Source of the DNA: Sandaracinaceae bacterium
GTDB lineage: Bacteria > Myxococcota_A > Polyangia > Polyangiales > Sandaracinaceae
Assembly: GCA_044220955.1 (NCBI GenBank)
Contig: JBGAQA010000014.1
Coordinates: 1-64,000 of the forward strand
Direction of reading: 5' to 3'
Length of the DNA: 64,000 nt
Shown here: positions 20,054-28,659 of the stretch, piece by piece
Layout: each line of letters starts with the position of its first letter
How positions within the stretch are numbered: the stretch's first letter is position 1
Position numbers and translations under genes: made by a program
The notes under the pieces: model-generated
What the model was told of the DNA's origin: nothing
What the model saw: only the letters and a program-made list of their open reading frames with translations
The model's database searches: none

Positions 20054-21958
20054 ATGTGTGGTGTCACCGGCGCCTGGGATTCGACCGCGGAGATCGGCGC
20101 GGTGGAGGCGGCCGTCCGGCGCGCCAACGCCTCGCTCGCGCACCGAGGGCCGGACGGCGAGGGGGTGTTCTCGGAGGCGTCGAGCGGGGTCGTGCTCGCG
20201 CACCGCCGCCTCTCGATCGTCGATCTCAGCCCGGCCGGCGCGCAGCCGATGACGAGCGCGTCCGGGCGCTACGTGATCTCGTTCAACGGTGAGGTCTACA
20301 ACCACGTCGCGCTGCGTCGGGAGCTGCTCGCGCGGCGCGTCGTGGAAGGGGCTTTTCGCGGCCACTCCGACACGGAGACGATGCTCGGGTGGATCGACGC
20401 CGACGGACTGCGCGCCGCGCTCGAGCGCTTCGTCGGGATGTTCGCGCTCGCCCTCTGGGATCGCCGTGAGCGGACGCTGACCCTCGTGCGGGACCGGCTG
20501 GGCATCAAGCCCATGTACTTCGCGCGCTTGCCCGGGCGCCGCCTCGCGTTCGGCTCGGAGCTGACGGCCATCCTGGCGCACCCCGGCGCGTCGCGCGCGC
20601 TCGATCCCGACGCGGTCCAGGAGTACCTGCGGCGCGGCTGCGTCCCGGCTCCTCTCTGCATCGCGCGAGGCGTCTCCAAGCTCGAGCCCGGGACGCTGGT
20701 GCGCTTCGATGCGCCCGACGCCGAGCCGCGGGTCGAGCGCTGGTGGTCGCTCCCCGACGTCGCGCGCGGGGGGCTCGAGCGGCCGCTCCCGGCGAGCATC
20801 GACGCGGCGGCGGATGCGCTCGAGACCGCGCTGACGGACGCGGTGGCGCTGCGGATGGAGGCGGACGTGCCCGTCGGTGCGTTCCTGAGCGGCGGCATCG
20901 ACTCCTCGACCGTGGTCGCGCTCATGCAGAAGCAGTCGAAGAGGCGCGTGCGCACGTTCTCGATCGCGAACGAGGACGCGGGCTACGACGAGGCGGACGC
21001 GGCCGAGGCCGTCGCGCGCGTGCTCGGGACCGATCACACGGCGCTGCGCGTCCGTGGCAGCGAGGCCGCGACGCTCGTTCCCGACGTGGTCGCGCGCCTG
21101 GACGAGCCGTTCGCCGACTCGTCGATCGTCCCGACCTTCCTCGTGAGCCGGCTCGCGCGCGCGCACGTCACCGTCTCGCTCTCGGGCGACGGAGGCGACG
21201 AGCTCTTCGCCGGGTACAACCGGCACCTCTGGATCGCGCGCATCGAGCGCCTGATGCGCGTCGCGCCGGGGCGCGCGCTCCGCCTGCTCGCGCGCGGCGT
21301 GCTGCGGGTGCCGGTGCCGCGGATGGAGCGCTTGCTGGCCCCCGCGGGCCGCTTCGTGAGGCGGCCGGGCGCCCAGGCGCACAAGCTCGCGCGCGCGCTC
21401 GGGGCAGCGAGCCCGGAAGCGCTCTACGAGACGCTCGCGTCGGTCTTCCCGTCCCCGCCGGTGCCCCCGCGCCGCGTGCGGTCCTGGACGGCGCCTGCGC
21501 TCGGCGATCCGACGCTCGACGCGATGCTCCGCGACGCGGTGGGCTACCTGCCCGACGACATCCTCACGAAGGTCGACCGCGCCTCCATGTCCGTCGCGCT
21601 CGAGGCGCGCGTCCCCATCCTCGACCACCGCGTCGTCGAGCTCGCCTGGCGGCTGCCGCTCGACGCCAAGCTCCATCGCGGGCGTGGCAAGGAGGTGCTG
21701 CGCCGCGTCCTCTACCGCCACGTGCCGCGCGTGCTCGTCGATCGCCCCAAGACGGGGTTCTCGGTGCCCATGGGCGAGTGGATGCGCGGGCCGCTCCGCG
21801 CGTGGACCCACGACGCGCTCTCGCCGAACCGACTGAAGCTCGTCGAGGGGCTCGACGTCGCGAGCGTCCTGACGCTGCTGCGCGAGCACGAGGCCGGGGT
21901 GTCGGACCACTCGCCGCGGCTGTTCGCCGTGGCCGTGCTCAGCGCCTGGGTCCGCTGA
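20054..21958 (+). CDS. asnB: Asparagine synthase-like glutamine amidotransferase (glycan amidation), copy 1
   Basis: N-terminal MCG, HRGPD, RDRLGIKP, FLSGGIDSS, SGDGGDELFAGY and KVDRASM. Confidence 0.93.
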   Translation: MCGVTGAWDSTAEIGAVEAAVRRANASLAHRGPDGEGVFSEASSGVVLAHRRLSIVDLSPAGAQPMTSASGRYVISFNGEVYNHVALRRELLARRVVEGAFRGHSDTETMLGWIDADGLRAALERFVGMFALALWDRRERTLTLVRDRLGIKPMYFARLPGRRLAFGSELTAILAHPGASRALDPDAVQEYLRRGCVPAPLCIARGVSKLEPGTLVRFDAPDAEPRVERWWSLPDVARGGLERPLPASIDAAADALETALTDAVALRMEADVPVGAFLSGGIDSSTVVALMQKQSKRRVRTFSIANEDAGYDEADAAEAVARVLGTDHTALRVRGSEAATLVPDVVARLDEPFADSSIVPTFLVSRLARAHVTVSLSGDGGDELFAGYNRHLWIARIERLMRVAPGRALRLLARGVLRVPVPRMERLLAPAGRFVRRPGAQAHKLARALGAASPEALYETLASVFPSPPVPPRRVRSWTAPALGDPTLDAMLRDAVGYLPDDILTKVDRASMSVALEARVPILDHRVVELAWRLPLDAKLHRGRGKEVLRRVLYRHVPRVLVDRPKTGFSVPMGEWMRGPLRAWTHDALSPNRLKLVEGLDVASVLTLLREHEAGVSDHSPRLFAVAVLSAWVR

Positions 21959-23015
21959 CGGCCGCCTCGCGCAGCACGCTCGCGACGACGTGGGCCTGCT
22001 CCTCGACGCAGAGCCGGCTCTCGACCAGGGCGCGGCCGCGCGCGGCCAGCCGCGCCCGCAGCCCGCCGTCGGTCAGGAGCCGCAGGAGCTGCCGGTACCA
22101 GTCGTCCTCGGTCTCCGCCACCAGCGCGTTGACCTCGTCCACCACGAAGTCGCGCGCGCCGCCGACGAGCGACGAGACGCAGGGCACGCCGACGGCCATG
22201 TACTGGATCTGCTTGAAGCCGCACTTGCCCTCGTGCCACGCGGAGCGCTGCATCGGGGCCAGTCCGACGTCGAGATCGCGGAACGCGTCGATCTCCGTCG
22301 CGAGCGTCCAGGGGCGGATCTCCACGTCGACCCCGTCGAGCCGGAAGCCCTCGCCGGCGCCGACGACCACGAAGCGGAACGCGCGCCCCTCCGCGCGGAG
22401 CCGCCGGAGCGCGGGGGCGACCAGCGCGAGCTGGGGCGCGGTCGAGTGCGTGCCGATCCAGCCGACCACGAGCGGTCCGGGACGCTCGGCGTCCGTTCGC
22501 GGCGTCCACGCAGCGCGCTCCACCACCGTCGGGACCACCGTCGTCGCGACCCCGAGCGCGCGGGCGTGCGCCGCCAGCTGCGTCGAGCCGGCGATCGCGT
22601 GCGTGGCGCGCCGCAGCACCCAGTCGAACTTCCACGGGAGCTTCGCGGCGCGCTTGATCGCGTGGCCCTGGGCGATCCAGACCGCGTCGTCGTAGTCGAG
22701 CACCAGCGGTGCACGCGCCAGCGCGAGCGCCTCCACGATCGGTGGGCCCGCGAGCACCGCCTCGCGCTGCACCCACACCGCGTCGTGCCCGCCGCGCGTC
22801 ACCGCGCGTAGCTGCCGCAGCACGCCCCGGGAGCCAGCGACGCTGGCGCGCGGCAGGCCTCCCTTCCGATAGAGCGCTGCCGCGCCACCGTCGTCGAGCC
22901 ACGGGACGAGCTCGACGTCGATGCCGAGCGCGCGCAGCGGCTCGACGTAGCGGCAGATGCGGAAGCGGGTGGACGCGATCCGCTCCGGGTATGCGGCGAG
23001 GGCGAGGATCTTCAT
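21939..23015 (-). CDS. GT-B glycosyltransferase, family 4-like
   Basis: STRFR, DYDDAVW, VGWIG and GKCGFKQIQYMAVGVP. Start ATG at 23015. Confidence 0.85.
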   Translation of the reverse strand: MKILALAAYPERIASTRFRICRYVEPLRALGIDVELVPWLDDGGAAALYRKGGLPRASVAGSRGVLRQLRAVTRGGHDAVWVQREAVLAGPPIVEALALARAPLVLDYDDAVWIAQGHAIKRAAKLPWKFDWVLRRATHAIAGSTQLAAHARALGVATTVVPTVVERAAWTPRTDAERPGPLVVGWIGTHSTAPQLALVAPALRRLRAEGRAFRFVVVGAGEGFRLDGVDVEIRPWTLATEIDAFRDLDVGLAPMQRSAWHEGKCGFKQIQYMAVGVPCVSSLVGGARDFVVDEVNALVAETEDDWYRQLLRLLTDGGLRARLAARGRALVESRLCVEEQAHVVASVLREAAVSGPRR

Positions 23016-23022
23016 GACGCGC

Positions 23023-23940
23023 TCACCGCAGCGTCGCGACCAGGGTGTCGCCGAGGCGGAGCGCGCTCGCGAGCCCGTTCGCGACCCGCATCCCCGCGAG
23101 CAGCGCGGGGGAGCCGTAGATGCGCCTTCGCAGCACCTGATCCGCGTCGCGCGTCGCTCCGGCCGCGCCGGCATCCGCCTGCCCGTGCGTTCCGGCCCGA
23201 GGCAGAACGCGCGCCCGAAGGCCGCGTACGATCGAGGGCAGCGCGACGTTCCGCGAGCTCACCTCGATGCGCAGGTGCGTGGCCTTGTTCACCAGGGTCT
23301 CGAGCGAGCGCTGGTTGAAGTATCCGAGGTGCTCGAAGTGGATGTTCGCCCAGGCGCCGCCGAGCGCGCGGCGGGCCAGCGCGTCGAAGTTCGGCGTCGT
23401 GAGGTAGACGAGGCCGCCCGGCGCGAGCAGCGACTCCGCCCGCCCGAGGAAGCTCCCCGGGGTCGGCACGTGCTCGACGAGCTCGGACATGTAGATGACG
23501 TCGAAGCGCTCCTCGTCGAGGCTCCGGTCGAAGAAGTCGAGGCGCGCGCAGGGGATGCCCCACGCCCGCGCGACCTCGATCGCGCCCTCGGCCATGTCGA
23601 TGCCGCGCGCGCTCCAGCCGCTCTCGTTCGCGACCGCGACCAGGTGTCCGTCGCCGCAGCCGACGTCGAGCAAGCGCCGGCCCCGGACCTGTGCGCCCCA
23701 GGAGGCGAGCAGCTCCCGGTAGCGCCGGGCGTTGAGCTCCGTCTGACGCAGCGCGCGGGGCTGGGTCAGGAGCGAGCGGTAGTACTCGTAGCGCTCGCTC
23801 TCGAAGTGCTCGGGCTGGTGCGAGAGGAAGCCGTGCGTGCACCGACGGCAGCGTCGGAGCTCGAGGGACTCGCCCCCGAGCCGCTTCTCCAGGGCCACGG
23901 CGCTGTCTCGCGACTGGCAGACCGGGCACGGAGGGACCAT
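23023..23940 (-). CDS. Class I SAM-dependent methyltransferase with N-terminal zinc ribbon
   Basis: CPVC..CRRC, LLDVGCGDG, FDVIYMSELVEHVP and LAPGG..TTPN. Confidence 0.88.
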   Translation of the reverse strand: MVPPCPVCQSRDSAVALEKRLGGESLELRRCRRCTHGFLSHQPEHFESERYEYYRSLLTQPRALRQTELNARRYRELLASWGAQVRGRRLLDVGCGDGHLVAVANESGWSARGIDMAEGAIEVARAWGIPCARLDFFDRSLDEERFDVIYMSELVEHVPTPGSFLGRAESLLAPGGLVYLTTPNFDALARRALGGAWANIHFEHLGYFNQRSLETLVNKATHLRIEVSSRNVALPSIVRGLRARVLPRAGTHGQADAGAAGATRDADQVLRRRIYGSPALLAGMRVANGLASALRLGDTLVATLR

Positions 23941-23950
23941 CGCTGCGAAG

Positions 23951-25183
23951 CTAGCCCGCGGACTCGTTCGTGGCGAGCGCCTCGAGGAGCTGCGCGTAGC
24001 GCGCCACGCCCGACGCCAGCGAGAAGTGCGGCGCCGTGATCGCGCGCGCGTGCTCGCGGACCCCGAGGGCCGGTGTCTGGCAGATCTTCGCGGCCGCCGC
24101 GTCGAGCGCGTCGTCGCCGAGGCCCTCGAGCACGATCCCGCTCCCGGCCCGCGCGACCCAGTCGCGGACCTCGGGGTTGCAGCCGTGGGCCACGGGCCCG
24201 ACGCCCGCCGCGAAGAACTCGGCGAGCTTCGTCGGCATCATCGCTCGCTTGGCCACGGTATCGGGTGTGAGCACCAGCAGGCCGAAGTCCACCAGCGACA
24301 GCCACGCGGGCATCGCCTCGTGATCGGCGCGCGCGAGGACGGTCGCCTCCGCGGGGACGCCGCACCCGGCCAGGCACGTGCGCCACGCGTCGCTCTGACC
24401 GCTCAGGACGAGCAGGCGGGCGTCCGGATCGCGCGCGAGCACGGCCCGCATCAGCCGGCCGGCGTCGCGCCCGAGGTACGCGCGGTTGAGCGAGCCGACG
24501 ATCGCCAGCACCCGTCGCCCGCGCAACGCCTGACGGACGTCCATGGGCACGACTTCCACGCTCGGGGTCGGAGCGATGCGGAACTGATCGTAGTCGGCGC
24601 AGGTCGGGATCACGAGGGGCGGGCGGGCCCCGCGGGGCAGGTGATCGCGCGTGACGTCCGCCGCATGCAGCTCGGTCAGCGTGACGATGCCGCGCGCGTC
24701 CCGGTAGAGGCGGTGTTCCACGCGTCGCGCGACGCGAAGCCGGCGGGGCGTCGTGAACCAGCGCCCCTCCTCGAGGCGCTCGTCGATCCAGAAGCCACGT
24801 GCGTCGAAGAGATAGGGCACCCGCAGCGTCGCGCGCAGCGCGCGCGCCACGAGCGCGCCGTGGTAGCCGCGCGCGTGCACGAGGCCGGCGCGCGCGACGA
24901 CGGCGACGCGCGCCGCGAGCGCGGTCAGCCGTCCCAGGTTCTCCGCGACCGTCGCGGCGCCGCCCTCGTGGTAGGGCGCGCTCTCCCACGCGATCCCCGC
25001 GGCCCGCAGCCGCGCCCGCACCGCCTCGACGCGCGCGGTGTCCCCGAGGTCGCGCGCCCGCTCCATCGACACGAGCGAGTACGGCACGCCGCGCGTGGCG
25101 AGCGCCTCCACGACGCGCAGCACCTGGCTGAACCCGATGTGGTCCAACACGCCGTCGATCGTGACGTACAGAACGGGGCGCAC
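23951..25183 (-). CDS. GT-B glycosyltransferase
   Basis: SQVL, VHARGY, FDARGFWIDER, IPTCAD and PTKLAEFFAAG. Confidence 0.82.
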   Translation of the reverse strand: MRPVLYVTIDGVLDHIGFSQVLRVVEALATRGVPYSLVSMERARDLGDTARVEAVRARLRAAGIAWESAPYHEGGAATVAENLGRLTALAARVAVVARAGLVHARGYHGALVARALRATLRVPYLFDARGFWIDERLEEGRWFTTPRRLRVARRVEHRLYRDARGIVTLTELHAADVTRDHLPRGARPPLVIPTCADYDQFRIAPTPSVEVVPMDVRQALRGRRVLAIVGSLNRAYLGRDAGRLMRAVLARDPDARLLVLSGQSDAWRTCLAGCGVPAEATVLARADHEAMPAWLSLVDFGLLVLTPDTVAKRAMMPTKLAEFFAAGVGPVAHGCNPEVRDWVARAGSGIVLEGLGDDALDAAAAKICQTPALGVREHARAITAPHFSLASGVARYAQLLEALATNESAG

Positions 25184-25204
25184 GCGCCGCGGATAGCACG
25201 CGGG

Positions 25205-25960
25205 TCAGGTCACCGGTATGTCGGGCGCCCTCGGCTCGGGGCTGCCGCGTGCGACGAGCGATGAGCGGTGAACCCAACCTCGCCGGAGCAGGAGACGTTG
25301 CAGCGCCCCCCTTGCGACCCGTCCCGCGATCATCATCGCGAGCAGGACGCCCCAGAGCGCCGCGCTCAGCGCGTGGGGGTTCTCCATCCAGTATGTGAGA
25401 GGTCCCATCTCGAGTCGGACGCGCGAGACGAGCCATCCGAGATGGAGGCGGCGCAGGTTGAGGGTGTAGTAGTCGTCGTACTCTGGGCGGAGGATCACCT
25501 GATCGAGCGGCTCGAGTTCCGGGATGAGCGGCGGGCTCTGTGCATCGACGACGAGGCGCTCGTGGGGCTCGAGCTCGACCTCCGCCACGACGTGCATCAC
25601 GCGCCCATAGAGGTTCACGCGTTGCGCTTCGATCCCGATGGAGCGCGCCAGGTTGATGAATGCGCGGGAGTCCTCGCCGCAGTACCCGAGGCCGGAACGC
25701 AGGGTCTCCTCGGTCGTGGCGCGTAGAAACGGTCGCTCGCCCGCTCCCGGCGCCCCGTCGGAGCGGACGTGCGCGCGCACGTGGTCGCGCAAGGCGATCA
25801 CGCGCTCCCGTGGGGTGCGCGCGTGCGCGTCACGGACGATCGCGAGCGCGGTCTGACGGACGAACGCGTCCTCGCGCGCTTGCGCCCAGGCCTCGAAGCA
25901 GAGGGGGGCACTCAGCAGCCCGAGAGCGACGAAGAAGCTCGATGGCCGCGGTCGCTGCAT
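25205..25960 (-). CDS. Membrane-anchored transglutaminase-like domain protein
   Basis: GYCGEDSRAFINLARSIGIEAQRV..HVVAEV..VD fits the transglutaminase Cys-His-Asp layout, with hydrophobic segments near both termini. Start uncertain (25960 or 26026). Confidence 0.7.
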   Translation of the reverse strand: MQRPRPSSFFVALGLLSAPLCFEAWAQAREDAFVRQTALAIVRDAHARTPRERVIALRDHVRAHVRSDGAPGAGERPFLRATTEETLRSGLGYCGEDSRAFINLARSIGIEAQRVNLYGRVMHVVAEVELEPHERLVVDAQSPPLIPELEPLDQVILRPEYDDYYTLNLRRLHLGWLVSRVRLEMGPLTYWMENPHALSAALWGVLLAMMIAGRVARGALQRLLLRRGWVHRSSLVARGSPEPRAPDIPVT

Positions 25961-26127
25961 GGTGGACAGGACACGTAGCAACCCCCGGTCGAGCAGTCGA
26001 TGCTTGACATGCGGTGACGCTCGCATAGACCGCAGCCGTGCCCGAGGCCCGTCGCGTGGTGGGGTCGCGCCGTGACAGGCTGCAGCGCGAGAAACGCACC
26101 TCCGCCGCATCGAGGGCCGCGTCGAAG

Positions 26128-28509
26128 GTGCCGGAGGTGCTCCTGGTCGTCGCGGCGACGGTGCCGCCACTCTGTCTCGGCGGTCGTCCTGCGTGGGCAC
26201 CGGCGCTCATCGCTTGCATCGGAGCAGTGACGAGCGCGGCTGCGTTGTGGGGACGCGAGCGGTTCGCGTTCGGGCGCGCGCCAGCCCTCGTGGTGGTAGC
26301 GGCTGTCACGCTTGCGTGGACGGCTGCTGGGCTCGTGCCGATCCCGGTCCGGGCGCTCGAGCTTCTGACCTCGGGCTCGGCTCCGCCGCTCGCGCGGGAG
26401 AGCTGGCTGATCACGTCGGCGCTCCTGGACGAGTCCGCTCCGAGCTGGCTTCCCTGGAGCACGTCGCCGCTCGACACGCGGCAGGCGGTGGTGGTCGGAG
26501 CGGGGATCCTCTCGTACGTGCTCGCCGGGGCGATTGCGGTCGTTCGCGGCCGTCGTCGCGCGGTGCTCCGTGCCGTCGCATTCTCGACCGTCGCCACGGC
26601 GCTCGTCGTCGTCGGTCACGTGCTCGTCGGAACGAGCCTCGTGTACGGGGTCTTCGCTCCGCGAGGCGACGTCGCGCTACCGAGCCCGCTCTTCAACGAG
26701 AACCATCTCGCGGGCTTCCTCGCGCTCGGAGCGCCCATCTGTCTCGGCCTCGCCCTGAGCGCAGTCGATCGGCGCAACGCCGCCGGGTGGTACGCTGCGG
26801 CGGCGCTGGACGCGGTAATCTGCATGGCCGCCATCTCGCGGGGCGGCACGCTCGGTCTGGTCGTCGGCGTCGTCGTGTTCGTCGTGCTGCTCGCCGCCTT
26901 TCGGGTCGACGAGCCTCGACGCTCGGTTCGTTGGCTCGGCGGGGTCGCGTTGCTCGTCTTCGCTGCGGGGCTGGCCGCGTTCATCTGGCTGGAGCGTATC
27001 TGGGCAGATTTCGCGTCGACGACGCTCGACAAGGTCCGCATCGCGCTCCATGGGCTCGATCTCGCGGCACGGAGCCCATGGGTCGGCGTCGGCCGAGGGG
27101 GGTACTCCATCGCGTTCGTGCGGATCGCGGGGATGGACGTCCGCTACGAGTATCCCGAGTCCTTTCCGGTCCAGTGGGCGAGCGAGTGGGGCGTGCCATT
27201 CGCGCTGATCCTCGGTGGCACGCTTCTGGCGCTCGGTGTCCGCGCGCTTCGCCGGCCTCTCGAGATCGAGCGCGCGAGCGCGCTTGCCGCGCTCGCCGGA
27301 CTGGCAGTGCACGAGTTGGTCGATTTCGCCACGGAGATGCCCGGGATAGTGGTGGTCGCGTCACTGGTCGCGGTCGCGGCGCTGGGGTCGTCGGACGTAG
27401 GGACCGTCGTGACTCGGGTGGGAGGGAAAGCGTCCCCGCTGCTCTGGGTGCCGGCGCTCGCGCTCGTGCTCGCTGGCGTCGGGATCACCCTCGTCGGGAC
27501 GGCGAAGTCGGACCGACGTTCGCGGATCGAGGAGGCCATCGGACGTCGCGACTGGGCGGCGGCCGACGCCGCCATCGCGAGCGCCCTGCGCGAGCGCCCC
27601 GGCGAGCCGGAGTACGTCTTGCTCGGCGCGCACGCCCGCGTACTGCGTGGCGATCGGTCCGCCATCGCATGGCTGAACGCGGTCATGCGCCTGGCCCCCC
27701 ACTGGTCTTCACCCCACCTGGTCGCAGCCAGGTGGATGGCCGCTCACGGCGCGATGTCGCAGGCCTGGCTCGAGCTACGCGAGGTCGAGCGCCGTGACCC
27801 CGGCCGGTCCGTGGGGGCCGCGTGTGCGCTGCTCACGTCACGCGCGAGTGCCGACGAGGCGTTGCGCGTGATGCAGAACGAGACCGGTGCGTCGGCCTTC
27901 TTCGAGGTCGTCGTGGAGAACTGCCACTCGGCGGATACCGACGCGGTGGCGACCGTCGACGCGATGCTGTTGAATGGGGGCGTCCCCGCCGCGCGCGTTC
28001 GAGCGGCGAGGCGCACGCTGGCGCAACACGACCCGACCGCAGCGCTAGCCCTGCTCGACGGGCTACCGCGGGCCGACCTGGCGACAGCCTATGTCCGGGC
28101 CGACGCGCTCGCCGAAGCTGGGCGCCCGGACGACGCGATCCGCGCCCTCGAGGGCCTGCGCGTTTCGGGTGCCGACAGGGCCCCGTACCTCGTTCGGCTG
28201 GCGCGAGCACACGCGGCCGCAGGAGACGCCCCGCGGATGCGGGAGACGGTCCTGTTGCTACAGGGCGAAGCGGCTGGACGGGCCCCGGCCCTCGCCGAGG
28301 CGATGATCCTCCTCGGAGACCTCGAGGCGGGGCTCGGCAACCGTGAGGAAGCGTACCACGCGTACGAGCGCGCCGAGCCACTCGACCCTCGGAGCGACAG
28401 CCTGGCGCGCGCGCTGGCCCTCGCGGAGCGTGAGGGTGACGTGCATCGCGCATCCGCCCTCCGAGCACGAATCTGTCGCCGCGACCCGGCGGGTTGCCCC
28501 CACGACTGA
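26128..28509 (+). CDS. O-antigen ligase-like (Wzy_C) membrane protein with C-terminal TPR-like region
   Basis: Many TM segments, NENHLAG, ISRGG, PWVGVGRGGY and QWASEWG, then a soluble helical-repeat tail. Start uncertain. Confidence 0.8.
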   Translation: MPEVLLVVAATVPPLCLGGRPAWAPALIACIGAVTSAAALWGRERFAFGRAPALVVVAAVTLAWTAAGLVPIPVRALELLTSGSAPPLARESWLITSALLDESAPSWLPWSTSPLDTRQAVVVGAGILSYVLAGAIAVVRGRRRAVLRAVAFSTVATALVVVGHVLVGTSLVYGVFAPRGDVALPSPLFNENHLAGFLALGAPICLGLALSAVDRRNAAGWYAAAALDAVICMAAISRGGTLGLVVGVVVFVVLLAAFRVDEPRRSVRWLGGVALLVFAAGLAAFIWLERIWADFASTTLDKVRIALHGLDLAARSPWVGVGRGGYSIAFVRIAGMDVRYEYPESFPVQWASEWGVPFALILGGTLLALGVRALRRPLEIERASALAALAGLAVHELVDFATEMPGIVVVASLVAVAALGSSDVGTVVTRVGGKASPLLWVPALALVLAGVGITLVGTAKSDRRSRIEEAIGRRDWAAADAAIASALRERPGEPEYVLLGAHARVLRGDRSAIAWLNAVMRLAPHWSSPHLVAARWMAAHGAMSQAWLELREVERRDPGRSVGAACALLTSRASADEALRVMQNETGASAFFEVVVENCHSADTDAVATVDAMLLNGGVPAARVRAARRTLAQHDPTAALALLDGLPRADLATAYVRADALAEAGRPDDAIRALEGLRVSGADRAPYLVRLARAHAAAGDAPRMRETVLLLQGEAAGRAPALAEAMILLGDLEAGLGNREEAYHAYERAEPLDPRSDSLARALALAEREGDVHRASALRARICRRDPAGCPHD

Positions 28510-28615
28510 GGACAGCACGCTTCTGACGTGCATCGGCTCGGGCTCGGCCTCGGTGCCGAGCCCCGCGCGGTCGACTCACGGTTGAACACCGCGGCCGGGC
28601 GGCGCAACCACCTGC

Positions 28616-28644
28616 TTGACTCGCCCCCCCGCCAGGGGAAACCT
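28616..28644 (+). promoter_or_regulatory. Possible promoter of the wzc operon
   Basis: TTGACT-N17-AAACCT upstream of the ATG at 28660: good -35, weak -10. Confidence 0.3.
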
Positions 28645-28659
28645 CCACGATTCCGCGCG

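Noticed and set aside
21939..21958. 20-bp overlap of convergent asnB and GT 3' ends
   Set aside because: Short tail-to-tail overlaps are common in compact GC-rich genomes.
20054..25960. Lasso peptide cluster (AsnB-like cyclase plus transglutaminase-like protease)
   Set aside because: Both AsnB proteins keep the N-terminal MCG glutaminase nucleophile. No PqqD/RRE protein or precursor peptide was seen, and the context is glycosyltransferases.
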